A stretch of 64,000 bases of DNA from an uncultured Candidatus Rokubacteria bacterium (GCA_963789955.1 CAWBMV010000034.1:32001-96000); one strand, 5' to 3'; shown: positions 41,401 through 49,642, counted from the first letter of the stretch. Numbers and translations are program-made. Notes: generated by a model not told the origin, from the sequence alone.

Positions 41401-42586
41401 CGTGGCGCTCGGACACTTACCCAAGGACCGCGCATGGACGGAGCAGGCGATCGACATCCGTCTGGATCTCCGGCTGGCGCTGCTCCCGATCGGCGAGCTC
41501 GAGCCGATTCTGGCGCATCTCCGGGAGGCCGAAGCCTTCGCCGACGAGCTGCAGGACCAGCACCGAATCGGCCGAGTGTCGGTCTACATGACCGGCCAGT
41601 ACTATCAGATGGGGCTGCACGAGCGCGCCATCGAGTATGGCAAGCGCACCCAGGCCATCAGCGAGTCCCTGCGCGACTTCAGTCTAGAAGTCGCGACGAA
41701 TGCGTACGTCGGACAGATCCATCTCGGACTCGGCGAGTACCGCTCGGCGACAGCGCTGTTCAGGAAGAACGTCGAAGCCATCGTGGGCGATCTGACGTAC
41801 GAGCGCTTCGGCCTGCCGCAGCTCCCTGCCGTGCATTCGCGGTACTGCCTCGTGCTGTGCTTGGCGGAGATGGGCGAGTTCGCTGAGGGCATCGTGCGCG
41901 GCCAGGAATCCATCCGGATCGCCGAGTCCATCGAGCAGCCGCTGAACCTCACCGCGGCCACCTCCGGACTTGGCAGGCTGTACTACCGCAAGGGCGACCT
42001 CGAGCGCGCCGTCCCCGTTCTCAGGCGGGCATTGGAGCTCAGCCGTACGTGGAATCTCCGGATCTGGTTCCCGCAGGTCGCGACCGCGCTCGGGTCGTGC
42101 TACTCCGCGATGGGACGGCTGACCGATGCGCTGCCCTTGCTGGAGGAAGCGGTCGGGGTTGGTGGCGCGATGCGGCTGTTGAGCGCCCAGGCGCCGGCCC
42201 TGACGGCCCTCGGCGAGGCGCACTTGCTCGCGGGCAAGCTCGCGCAGTCGTCCGAAACGGCTCAGTCCGCGCTGCTCGTGGCGCAGCAGAATGGCCGCCG
42301 CGGCCACGAGGCCTGGGCGCTGCGGCTTCTGGGCGAGCTCGCCCTGTGCCGGCCGGACGCGCCGCTTGCACGGGACCAGTTCACCCGGGCCCTCGCGCTC
42401 ACGACCGCGCTCGACATGCGACCTCTCAGCGCGCACTGCTACTTCGGACTCGGCCGCGCCCTTCGGATGGCGAACGACCACCAAGCCGCCGAACGGCACC
42501 TGGCGACGGCGGTCGATCTATTCCGCGAAATGGACATGGGCTTTTGGCTCGCCCAGGCTTCCACGGAGAAGGACAAGCGAATCTGA
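38462..42586 (+). CDS. Sigma54-dependent activator (AAA+ and Fis HTH) fused to a degenerate class III cyclase, STAND-type ATPase and TPRs
   Basis: GETGTGK, VNCAA, GAFTDA, FLDEV, FREDLYHRL, WPGNVRE, NISRTA.LLGISRNTL; RRVTML..AFG..EDAPSRA..GVHT; GEAGIGKS, EDLHWID, GNPFF, Y.FKH.L; C-terminal helical repeats. Confidence 0.85.
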   Translation: MKHLADLLGESPGIQAIRDQIARLLTRQQDARRLPPVLIEGETGTGKGLLARAIHRAGPRPDGPFVDVNCAAIPETLLEAEMFGFEKGAFTDARRSKPGLLQTAHRGTIFLDEVGLLSEGLQAKLLKVLEERSVRRLGSTRDEPIDVWILTATNENLKSAIQGRRFREDLYHRLAVLTLSLPPLRERGDDILMLAEHYLGRACNDYGVSAKTLAADARAALRAYPWPGNVREVANLMERVALLSSDPTVTADALGLTAVAPTKAAAAVTTPAGSPSSLDDAVRDRVSDVLSQTGWNISRTAALLGISRNTLRARIDKYGLRVGEAPAPPPPAPRPERRPARRAEPTQVAPDEAAAPAVAAPPPAPAALEWERRRVTMLRASLLAPSAPEALLQTNRALELLLDKVRSFGGTIEGRGPTGIAAAFGLDPTEDAPSRAAHAAMAIVNAVTRARQDAGTGAAIKVGVHTSPILVGRGTGVPELDLEGKQAALSVLNTLIGRGDVDSVMVSEATAPFLTRGFELRELDGEEYGRGRVYTLVGRGRMGPGQAGRASTFVGRNRELELLSSRLESAMRGRGQIVGISGEAGIGKSRLIFEFRESLTGKGVTCLEGQCHSHGTAVPYLPILDLIRAACGIEEGDAPGVMADKARSTLLEAGMDLLETAPYVLHLLDIEQDPERFAAMTPDVTKARIFDTLRQLTLRKSRQAPLVIVVEDLHWIDGTSEEYLASLAEIIQGARVLMVCTHRGGFRPSWIEKSYTTQVALQPLAPEESLHIVRSVLGPDEPADALYELIVVKAEGNPFFVEELARTVREQIGGATPMTVPDTVEEVLGGRIDRLAPEERRLLEVAAVVGKDVPFAVVHAVAGLTEDKVRRIFERLKSAEFLYETSPGPDTEYTFKHTLTHEVAYERLLPQARRALHARIVQAIERLYENRLVEQVDQLADHALRGHVWAKAVDYLRQAGARAAARSAHRDAVTHLEQALVALGHLPKDRAWTEQAIDIRLDLRLALLPIGELEPILAHLREAEAFADELQDQHRIGRVSVYMTGQYYQMGLHERAIEYGKRTQAISESLRDFSLEVATNAYVGQIHLGLGEYRSATALFRKNVEAIVGDLTYERFGLPQLPAVHSRYCLVLCLAEMGEFAEGIVRGQESIRIAESIEQPLNLTAATSGLGRLYYRKGDLERAVPVLRRALELSRTWNLRIWFPQVATALGSCYSAMGRLTDALPLLEEAVGVGGAMRLLSAQAPALTALGEAHLLAGKLAQSSETAQSALLVAQQNGRRGHEAWALRLLGELALCRPDAPLARDQFTRALALTTALDMRPLSAHCYFGLGRALRMANDHQAAERHLATAVDLFREMDMGFWLAQASTEKDKRI

Positions 42587-42615
42587 GCGCGTCTCGCGCG
42601 CGCTCGAGCGTCCCG

Positions 42616-42765
42616 CTACTTCGAGGGCTTGCGCACCTTCCCGCCGTATCGGCGCACGACCTTCTCCATCGCTCGCCGTAGCCTCTCGAGACCGGGCTTG
42701 CTCATCGGCCGCTTCACGTTGAAGGACACTCGGACTAGCTTGCCTCTCGGTTGAAGTCTCGGCAT
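42616..42765 (-). CDS. Small basic protein B, 49 aa (MPRLQPRGKLVRVSFNVKRPMSKPGLERLRRAMEKVVRRYGGKVRKPSK)
   Basis: Hand-translated; AGGAGG RBS; 21/49 ungapped identities with 43017..43172. Confidence 0.75.
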   Translation of the reverse strand: MPRLQPRGKLVRVSFNVKRPMSKPGLERLRRAMEKVVRRYGGKVRKPSK

Positions 42766-42767
42766 CG

Positions 42768-42956
42768 TCACGTCCTCCTGGTCTTTCGGAGGGTGGGTCG
42801 CCGGCCGGCGACAGGTTCGACGACGAAGTCCTCGAGCTCGAAGCCGTGACGCCGTGCGAGCCAGACGAGCTCGAGCCGCAGCGCCTCGGCCTCGCGCGCG
42901 TCGAGCTCGCCCTGAATCTGGTATCGCTCACGACGCTCGGTGGATTTCGTCGTCAT
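42768..42956 (-). CDS. Small protein C, 62 aa, acidic core
   Basis: GAGGT RBS; stop codon 2 nt before the start of protein B; same L-x8-RR[H/Y]G register as B. Confidence 0.65.
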   Translation of the reverse strand: MTTKSTERRERYQIQGELDAREAEALRLELVWLARRHGFELEDFVVEPVAGRRPTLRKTRRT

Positions 42957-43016
42957 CGCACTACCTCGCCGCGGCCGCCTCCCGACGGAGCATGGGAGAC
43001 GGCCGCGCACTGGGCT

Positions 43017-43172
43017 CTAACGGGTTTTCTTCTTCTTCTTGATCTTGCCACCGTGCTTCTTCACGAACTTCTCGACTTCCGCCTGCAGCTTGGCCTTTGC
43101 TTTGGCGGTCTTCGGGCGCCTGACCGAAAACGACACCCGGACCTTCTGCCCCGACGGCTTGCTGGTAGGCAT
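43017..43172 (-). CDS. Small Lys-rich protein A, 51 aa (MPTSKPSGQKVRVSFSVRRPKTAKAKAKLQAEVEKFVKKHGGKIKKKKKTR)
   Basis: Hand-translated; AAGGAG RBS; paralog of 42616..42765. Confidence 0.75.
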   Translation of the reverse strand: MPTSKPSGQKVRVSFSVRRPKTAKAKAKLQAEVEKFVKKHGGKIKKKKKTR

Positions 43173-43220
43173 TCAGCGATCTCCTTCGCATAACACATAA
43201 AATGTTCACGGCGTCCGCGG

Positions 43221-44285
43221 CTACGGCCGCGCGTCCTCGATTCCGTCGCCGAGATCGTCGGCATGAAAGATCCCCGCCAAGGTGTCGAGGTTACGGACCA
43301 TATAATAGTCCTCCGTCGCCTCATATTCGCCCCGGACATTCACGGGCCGGCCGAGCGCCAGCCGCACGTAGCTCGATGCCATGTTGTGGCGACCGACGAG
43401 GTCGTACAGGTTGGTGCTCATGCTGAAACGGCCCGCGTTGATCTCCGTCACGCACGGAACGCCGCGTGCGTCCTCCCGGACGTCGAAGCAGTAGATCCCG
43501 CACGCGCGCCGGTCCACGGCGCGCACGGCCGCCTCGCACACCGCCGCCACCCGAGGCTCGTTGACCGTCTTCGCGAGCGCCGCGACCGACGAGGTCCCCG
43601 GCTCACCGTCGAACGGGACGAGGCGCTCGAACGTTTTCGTGAGAACGAGAGTTCCCTCGTGCCACAGGCTCTGGCAGCTGAAATCGCGCCCGGGCAGATA
43701 CTCCGACAAGGTGAACTCGGCCGCGCGCACTCCGCGCATGCGTTCCCAGTACGCGATCCAGCTCCGCGCCTGCGCCGGCGTCTCCACCAGGAGGGCTCCG
43801 AGGCCCCCCTGCCCAGATCGGATCCGGCACCATATCTGTCGCGCGGGCGCCAGACGCCGGAAGAGTCGGGGAATATCGGCGAGCCGCCTCACTGCGTGCG
43901 TGACGGGCGTGGGCACACCGCGGGCCCGCAGGACCATCGCCAGCGCATACTTGTCCTGACACAGCTCGATGACCGACGTCCGCGGCAGGAACACGCGGCG
44001 TCCGAAGGCGAGTCGCGCGCGCCCGATCTGCTTGACGTCGGCGTCCGACGTCGGGATCAGCAGGTCGATCTTTTCGCGTCGAACGAGCGCCCGTAGCGCT
44101 CGAGCACGATCGCGATGCCGGCTCGGCGGGAGCAGATGCTTCGTGTCGGCGGCGGAGGCGCGCAGGGCGAAGCGATCGTCGTGGCAGCCGACGATCCTCG
44201 CCGCCGGCTCGCCGGCTCGCAAACTCCGGATCAGGTTCTCGGCCGGACCGGTTCCCGCGCCGGTCACGAGCAGGCGCGCGGTCAC
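43221..44285 (-). CDS. ATP-grasp ligase (CarB-like/PylC-like N-domain type)
   Basis: LVTGAG, IDLLIPTSD, CQDK, P.T, G.GG.G, SEYLPG, FDVRED..G...TEINAGRF. Confidence 0.85.
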   Translation of the reverse strand: MTARLLVTGAGTGPAENLIRSLRAGEPAARIVGCHDDRFALRASAADTKHLLPPSRHRDRARALRALVRREKIDLLIPTSDADVKQIGRARLAFGRRVFLPRTSVIELCQDKYALAMVLRARGVPTPVTHAVRRLADIPRLFRRLAPARQIWCRIRSGQGGLGALLVETPAQARSWIAYWERMRGVRAAEFTLSEYLPGRDFSCQSLWHEGTLVLTKTFERLVPFDGEPGTSSVAALAKTVNEPRVAAVCEAAVRAVDRRACGIYCFDVREDARGVPCVTEINAGRFSMSTNLYDLVGRHNMASSYVRLALGRPVNVRGEYEATEDYYMVRNLDTLAGIFHADDLGDGIEDARP

Positions 44286-45664
44286 GAGCGTCCTGGCCGG
44301 GGCGAGATTCCGCGCCGGCGGAACGCGGCGAGGATGATCGCCCCATAGCGGCCGCCGAGGACGCGATCGGCGGCGATCATGTTCGCGACGACGCTAGAGT
44401 AAGGGAGACGCTCGTTGCCGCGCGGGCGGTCTCGGCCGGGAAAGTCGTCGACGGAAGTCCGCGCCCACGTCTTCGCGAGGAGACGACCGAAATCGTCGCG
44501 CGCGTCGAGCAGGGCCAGCCGGAATTCCTCCGGGGCCTTCGCGTAGTGGACGGCGAAGCTCCGGCGGAGCTGCCGGAATCGGCGATGGGTCACGGCCGGC
44601 GAGGCTCGATCGATGGCGATCGCGATGGCGCTCTTCGATTCCCTGGCCAATCCGGCCGGAATCGCGCCGCGCCGCACCAGGTACTGCTCGTAGATCTCGA
44701 CGAGGACGTCGAACGCGCCGCCGGTGAAGAGCTTGGAGAACGCGTGCGTGTCGTATTTCGCCTCGGCCGTTGCGACCGATGGCGACCAGATCGTGTCGGA
44801 GTTGAACGCGCTCCGGATCTGGGCACCGCGGCTCGCCTCTCCGAACCGCGAGAGCATGTTTCGTGAGAAGAGACGTCCGCGCGTGTTCGCGAGGAGGCGT
44901 CCGACGACGTGGTCGAAGTGCAGGCACGCGATCAACGCCACGAGGTCGGCGGCGCCTTCCTCGTGGGCGCGATACTCCAGCGTCTTCTTCGAGGCGGTCG
45001 GGTTACCGATGATGGATTTGAGGATCAGGTGTCCCGTCTCGTGCGCGACGACGTCGAAGTTCTCGCACAACCACGCCGGAGCGCTGCGCCGCCGGCCGCG
45101 GCGTCTCGGAAGGGAATAGCCGAACTCGAGAAAGCCCTCACCCGACCACGCGTTGTCGGTCTCGGCGCGCGGAATGAGCTCGAGGTGTCGGTGCTCGCGA
45201 TCTCGGAAGAACCAGACGATCCGGTGGCCGAGGTAGTGCTCCCAGATCTCGAGCACGCACCGGACGGTCGCGAACGCGTTGGCGGCCGAGAACGCCCGCG
45301 TGCCCACTCTGACGTGATCGAAGTGCCCGCGATGGGCCTTGACCGGCGGGTGACGCGGGTCTCCGGGCGGATAGGGCGGACGCCAGCGCGGATCGCCGAC
45401 GGCTGAATCCGAGTAGGGCAGCTTCCATTTGTACGGGCGGCGCCCATTGGTGTCGATCACGCGGATTCTCGAGTCCGACGGTCCTGGACCGATGGTACCC
45501 GGGCGCGAGGCGACGTGGACGGTCAGCGGCGCGGCGAAGCCCTCGACGCTGCTTGCCTGCTGATAGATTCGAAAACGGGTGCCCCGCGGATCGAAGCGGA
45601 ATCGAGCCGAGGGCTCCCCGTGTGGGCGTACCGAGCCTCGTCGAGACGATGATCGTCGTGCCAT
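44282..45664 (-). CDS. Cytosolic zinc metallopeptidase, gluzincin (M4/M36-like)
   Basis: DNAWSG...LEFGY, DVVAHETGH, downstream HEEGAAD, and DTH; no signal peptide; stop overlaps the ATP-grasp start. Confidence 0.75.
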   Translation of the reverse strand: MARRSSSRRGSVRPHGEPSARFRFDPRGTRFRIYQQASSVEGFAAPLTVHVASRPGTIGPGPSDSRIRVIDTNGRRPYKWKLPYSDSAVGDPRWRPPYPPGDPRHPPVKAHRGHFDHVRVGTRAFSAANAFATVRCVLEIWEHYLGHRIVWFFRDREHRHLELIPRAETDNAWSGEGFLEFGYSLPRRRGRRRSAPAWLCENFDVVAHETGHLILKSIIGNPTASKKTLEYRAHEEGAADLVALIACLHFDHVVGRLLANTRGRLFSRNMLSRFGEASRGAQIRSAFNSDTIWSPSVATAEAKYDTHAFSKLFTGGAFDVLVEIYEQYLVRRGAIPAGLARESKSAIAIAIDRASPAVTHRRFRQLRRSFAVHYAKAPEEFRLALLDARDDFGRLLAKTWARTSVDDFPGRDRPRGNERLPYSSVVANMIAADRVLGGRYGAIILAAFRRRGISPRPGRS

Positions 45665-45676
45665 GGCATCAATGCG

Positions 45677-45692
45677 GCGAACGTGGTGCCAA
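45677..45692 (-). promoter_or_regulatory. Candidate sigma54 -24/-12 promoter
   Basis: TTGGCACCACGTTCGC (TGGCAC, GG-N10-GC); predicted start near 45665, adjacent to the ATG at 45664. Confidence 0.55.
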
Positions 45693-45729
45693 GCACGAAT
45701 CTAAGACAAAACGCCGCCCGCGTGCTACC

Positions 45730-46782
45730 TCATCGTGCGCGCAGCTGCAGGGCGTGACCGTCGAGATCGTGCAGCGCGATCGCCCGACGGAAACTGGGAG
45801 CCGCGTCGAAGATCGATATGATGGCCGGTCGGTCGGACATTTCGGAGGCCGCGGCCAGCTTGATCGCGGCTGCGTCGGCGTCGGTTATGACCAGGAGCGT
45901 GTGCCACCGGACGAGATCCTCGCCCATCGTGTCCCGCGGGTACGGCCGCCCATCGCGCGGCGCCAGATATTCGAGAAGCTCGAGCGCCGGGCCCTCGGCG
46001 GCGCGGAGCGTCGTGATCCTGAGCCGGGCGCCCGGCACGCTGCTCAGGCGTTCCTGCTCGGGCCCGGAGCTCTCGCTTCCGCCGGCAATCCGGAGGCCGA
46101 GCGTGTCGCGGTAGAGCTTCAGGCTCTTCTCGGTATCGCTCACGACGATCGCCGTGTGATCGATCCCGAGGAAGACGCGATCGCTCGGCCGCTGCCAGCG
46201 GGCGTCGCCCTTCCCGGCCGGAAACTGGAGAATCTCGAGCGCGTGGCCGTCCGGGTCCTTGAAGGAGAACGCGCGGATGCCGCCGGTGTTCGGATTCCAG
46301 TCCGGGAGCCGCTGGGGCTCCGGCGAGGTTTGTTCGACGCGATGGCGCCGAAGCCAGAGGTATGCCTGGTCCATGTCGTTGACGACGATCGCGATGTGCT
46401 GGAAGGACCGATCGTTGCTCTGCGCGTCGTCGGGAACAGGGCGCCCGTTGCGGCCGAGATACTCGACGAGCTCGATTCGCTCGGCGCCGAGCCGCATGGT
46501 GACGACTCGAACCCGGGCGCCGGTCACCCCGAGCAGCCGGTCGATCGACGGCCCGGACGTCTGGACGTCAGATACCGTGTCGAAGAAGAGTACGGTCGAA
46601 TAGAACGCGACCGATCGGTCCATGTCCGCAACCGGGATCGCCACGCCACCCACGGCGCTCACGGGGCTCGTGGGCGCGGGGTTGACCGTCGATCCCGCGC
46701 CCGACGGCGACATGTGAAGCGCCAGCGCCACGCCGAGCAAGGTGACCAGGAGTGCCGGCGCCAGCCGCAGTCGTGCGCTCAT
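45730..46782 (-). CDS. VOC/glyoxalase family protein with two domains, secreted
   Basis: Signal peptide; V.DMDRSVAFY, FQHIAIVV.DMD, F.DPDGH.LE, IDHTAIVVSDT..SL..Y. Confidence 0.85.
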   Translation of the reverse strand: MSARLRLAPALLVTLLGVALALHMSPSGAGSTVNPAPTSPVSAVGGVAIPVADMDRSVAFYSTVLFFDTVSDVQTSGPSIDRLLGVTGARVRVVTMRLGAERIELVEYLGRNGRPVPDDAQSNDRSFQHIAIVVNDMDQAYLWLRRHRVEQTSPEPQRLPDWNPNTGGIRAFSFKDPDGHALEILQFPAGKGDARWQRPSDRVFLGIDHTAIVVSDTEKSLKLYRDTLGLRIAGGSESSGPEQERLSSVPGARLRITTLRAAEGPALELLEYLAPRDGRPYPRDTMGEDLVRWHTLLVITDADAAAIKLAAASEMSDRPAIISIFDAAPSFRRAIALHDLDGHALQLRAR

Positions 46783-46938
46783 CGCGCGAGCCTCGGCGCG
46801 TTCGAGACGGCGAGGACGAGCGACATGAGCCGAGCCGAAGAAGGCCGCCGGCCGACATCATGAAGATGCCGGGGCCGGCGGCCGCCGCGAAGCTCCACCG
46901 ATGGGATGCTCACGATCTGGATCTCGGTTTCCACGCGA

Positions 46939-47281
46939 TCAGGCCGCGTGCTGCAGCGGCGGCTCTTCCACGTGAGCCGGCTTCACGACCAGGTCGTAGT
47001 CGAAGGGCATGCGCCGCGCGACGTCACGCCATACCGCGTCGGTCAGGTCCTCGTAGCCCGCGGGCGTTCTCAGAACGATCCGTCCGGGATGCCAGAGGGT
47101 CTTTCGGGACGACCTCGACTGCGAGAAGTGACTCGCCGTGGAGCCGTCGATTGACCGCATTGCGAATGTCGGCGCGCAGAGCATCGGCGCTGTCGCGCTG
47201 CCGGTCGGCGCGGATCCGCCAGACCAGCGGGACGGCCACCAGGGCCACCAGCACGATGATCGGAAACAGTGTGTTCAGCAT
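46939..47281 (-). CDS. Hypothetical membrane-anchored protein (frameshift near 47100)
   Basis: GGAGG RBS and N-terminal TM; ORFs 47024..47281 and 46939..47184 join with one indel. Confidence 0.5.
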
Positions 47282-47686
47282 GGTTCATCGCCTCCGCGCC
47301 TTCAGACGAGGAAAGGGCCCCCGGGATTCGTGAATCTTTCGCGACGCTCGCGGGATCTAAACTGGACGGGAGAGTCTGTCCGACTACGGAATCCGCTCGA
47401 TCGCCGAGATTTTCGACGGCGATCCGCCCTTCACACCGAACGGGTGCATCGCCCAGTCCTGGAGCGTCGCCGAGACCCGCAAGGATGGCACGAGCTGTCT
47501 CGGGCCTGAGGCGAGATCGTCGCGAGTTGACATCGTTGTAACATCCGACCGAACGCGGTAACCGACAATCCGTGTCCACAGTGCTGGCGCCTGGCCCGGA
47601 CTACCGCGGGCTCGACTGGGACGGGCGCCAGCGGACAGCACCGCGCCGGAACGACCGCAAAGCCCGCAGAGAAGGGGAGACTCGAC

Positions 47687-47962
47687 GTGAAGAAGTCCAA
47701 TCTGATCATCGCCTCGGCGGTGGCGGCGGCCTTCGCCCTGCCGCTCATCTCGGATGCCCAGGGCGGTCCCGCGCCGAAGCCGACGTTCGAATCCGAGAAG
47801 TGCTACGGCATCGCGAAAGCGGGCAAGAACGACTGCCAGACCGCCAACTCGTCCTGCGCCGGCACCTCGAAGCGCGACAGCCAGGGTGACGCGTGGATCT
47901 ACATGCCGGCGGGTGCCTGCGGCAAGGTCGTCGGCGGCAGCCTCATGCCCAAGCGGGCCTGA
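47687..47962 (+). CDS. DUF2282 bufferin-type RiPP precursor (BufA1-like)
   Basis: Signal peptide; EKCYGIAKAGKNDC..SCAG..W...PAG.C.K..GGSL, four Cys. Confidence 0.85.
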   Translation: MKKSNLIIASAVAAAFALPLISDAQGGPAPKPTFESEKCYGIAKAGKNDCQTANSSCAGTSKRDSQGDAWIYMPAGACGKVVGGSLMPKRA

Positions 47963-47994
47963 TCGATCTCGATGAACGGCGGGCGACAGGTGCC

Positions 47995-48870
47995 ATGATC
48001 GCGCGCGACGATCGCTTGGCAACGATTCCGGCTCGTGCCGGGATCGGCCTGCGGGCGCCGCACGTCGCCGAGGTCATGGCGACCCGGCCTGCCATCGCGT
48101 TCCTCGAAGTGCACACGGAGAACTATCTGGGCGGCGGACCGGCCGTTGCCGCGCTCGAGCGGCTGCGGCACGATTATCCGGTCTCGCTGCACGGAGTCGG
48201 CCTCTCGCTCGCAGGCGCCGATCCGCTGGACGATCGTCATCTGCTCCGCGTGAAAGGGCTGGTCGACCGGATCCAGCCCGCGCTCGTCTCGGAGCATCTC
48301 GCGTGGAGCGTCGGCGGCGGCGCCTATCTCAATCATCTGCTGCCGCTGCCGTACGACGCCGTTCGCCTCGAGGCGACGAGCCGGCGCATCGAGCGGATCC
48401 AGGAGACGCTCGGCCGCAGGATCCTCGTCGAGAACCCGGCACGCTATCTGCGCTTCCGCGGGTCACCCATTCCCGAGCCCGGGTTCCTCCTCGAGCTCAG
48501 TCGCCGGACCGGATGCGGCCTTTTGCTGGACATCAACAACGTCTACGTCAGCGCCCGCAACTTCGACGAGGATCCCGGCGAATACCTCGATGCCATGAAG
48601 GCCGGCGCGATCGGCGAGATTCATCTGGCCGGCCACGCCACGAACGACGCTGACGGCCGCGCGATCCTGATCGACGACCACGGCTCGCGCGTCGCCGAGG
48701 CGGTGTGGGGCCTCTATCGCGCCGCGCTCACGCAGCTCGGTCCGGTACCGACCTTGGTCGAGTGGGATACGAATCTGCCGGAGCTCGCCGTGCTGCTCGC
48801 CGAGGCGGAGCAGGCGGAGCGATCCTTGCGGCCAACCCAGAGTGGCGAAGACCGTGTCGTCGCCGCGTGA
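47995..48870 (+). CDS. DUF692 multinuclear non-heme iron oxidase (MNIO, BufB-like)
   Basis: GIGLR.PH, EVH.EN, HGVGLS, SEHLAW, EN, LLDINNVYV, EIHLAGH, IDDHG, EWD. Confidence 0.9.
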   Translation: MIARDDRLATIPARAGIGLRAPHVAEVMATRPAIAFLEVHTENYLGGGPAVAALERLRHDYPVSLHGVGLSLAGADPLDDRHLLRVKGLVDRIQPALVSEHLAWSVGGGAYLNHLLPLPYDAVRLEATSRRIERIQETLGRRILVENPARYLRFRGSPIPEPGFLLELSRRTGCGLLLDINNVYVSARNFDEDPGEYLDAMKAGAIGEIHLAGHATNDADGRAILIDDHGSRVAEAVWGLYRAALTQLGPVPTLVEWDTNLPELAVLLAEAEQAERSLRPTQSGEDRVVAA

Positions 48871-49642
48871 GCTCGAGCGTGACTTCGCGGCCGCATTGCT
48901 CGGCGGCCCCGAGGATCCGGTCGTCGCCGAGATCCAGGGCGACGGGCTCGATCCGGCGGCGCGACTCGCGATCTATCGCCACCACGTCTCGGCGAGCCTG
49001 ACCGAGGCGCTCGAGGCGACGTACCCGGTCGTCGTCCGGCTCGTCGACCGCCGCTTCTTCGCGTACGCGGCCGACCAGTTCATCCGCCGCCACCCGCCGG
49101 CGGGGCCGTGCCTCTTCGAGTACGGAGAGGCGCTCGCCGATTTTCTGGCGACGTTCCCGGCATCGCGGCACCTGGCCTATCTCCCCGACGTCGCCCGGCT
49201 CGAGTGGGCGCTCAATCGCGCGCTCCACGCCGAAGACGCCGTCGCGCTCGACCCGAGATGGTTGGCCGCGCTCCCGCCGGACGAGGTCGGCGGGGTGCGA
49301 CTGCGGCTCCATCCGTCTGTGTCGCTTCTGGAGTCGCCCTGGCCGATCGACCGAATCTGGCACGCGAATCAGCCGGACGCCGATCCGGACGCGACGGTGA
49401 GCCTCGACCAGGGCGGGGCGCGTCTCGAGGTCTATCGTCTCGAGGACGGCGTGGTGTTCCGGACGATCGCGGCGGATGCGTACGCCTTCCGGATCGCGCT
49501 GGCGTCCGATCTCGATCTGCAGAGCGCGGTAGGTGCGGCGCGGCGCGCCGACCCGAGCTTCAACCTGACCGATGCGCTGCGTGAGCTGCTGGACGACGGG
49601 CTCATCGTCGACGCGGTTTCGCCGACCAAGCGTCCATGCTGA
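48854..49642 (+). CDS. DUF2063 MNIO partner protein (BufC-like)
   Basis: RLAIYR....L..AL..TYPVV..LV...FF, YL.DVARLEWA, LHPS. Confidence 0.85.
   Translation: MSSPRELERDFAAALLGGPEDPVVAEIQGDGLDPAARLAIYRHHVSASLTEALEATYPVVVRLVDRRFFAYAADQFIRRHPPAGPCLFEYGEALADFLATFPASRHLAYLPDVARLEWALNRALHAEDAVALDPRWLAALPPDEVGGVRLRLHPSVSLLESPWPIDRIWHANQPDADPDATVSLDQGGARLEVYRLEDGVVFRTIAADAYAFRIALASDLDLQSAVGAARRADPSFNLTDALRELLDDGLIVDAVSPTKRPC

Noticed and set aside
43221..44285. Calling the ATP-grasp gene carB or a graspetide (microviridin-type) synthetase
   Set aside because: Only 354 aa with no carA; the adjacent small proteins lack PFFARFL-type leaders and Thr/Lys/Asp-rich repeated cores.
46779..46934. Possible 51-aa ORF between the membrane-anchored gene and the VOC gene
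   Set aside because: The stop overlaps the VOC start, but there is no RBS, motif or paralog to support it.
47486..47500. TGGCACGAGCTGTCT as a sigma54 promoter for the bufferin cluster
   Set aside because: Good -24 element but CT replaces the required GC at -12.
47538..47566. Two GTAAC motifs as a sigF-type ECF promoter upstream of the precursor
   Set aside because: Spacing to a CGAA-like -10 does not fit by eye; needs a PWM test.
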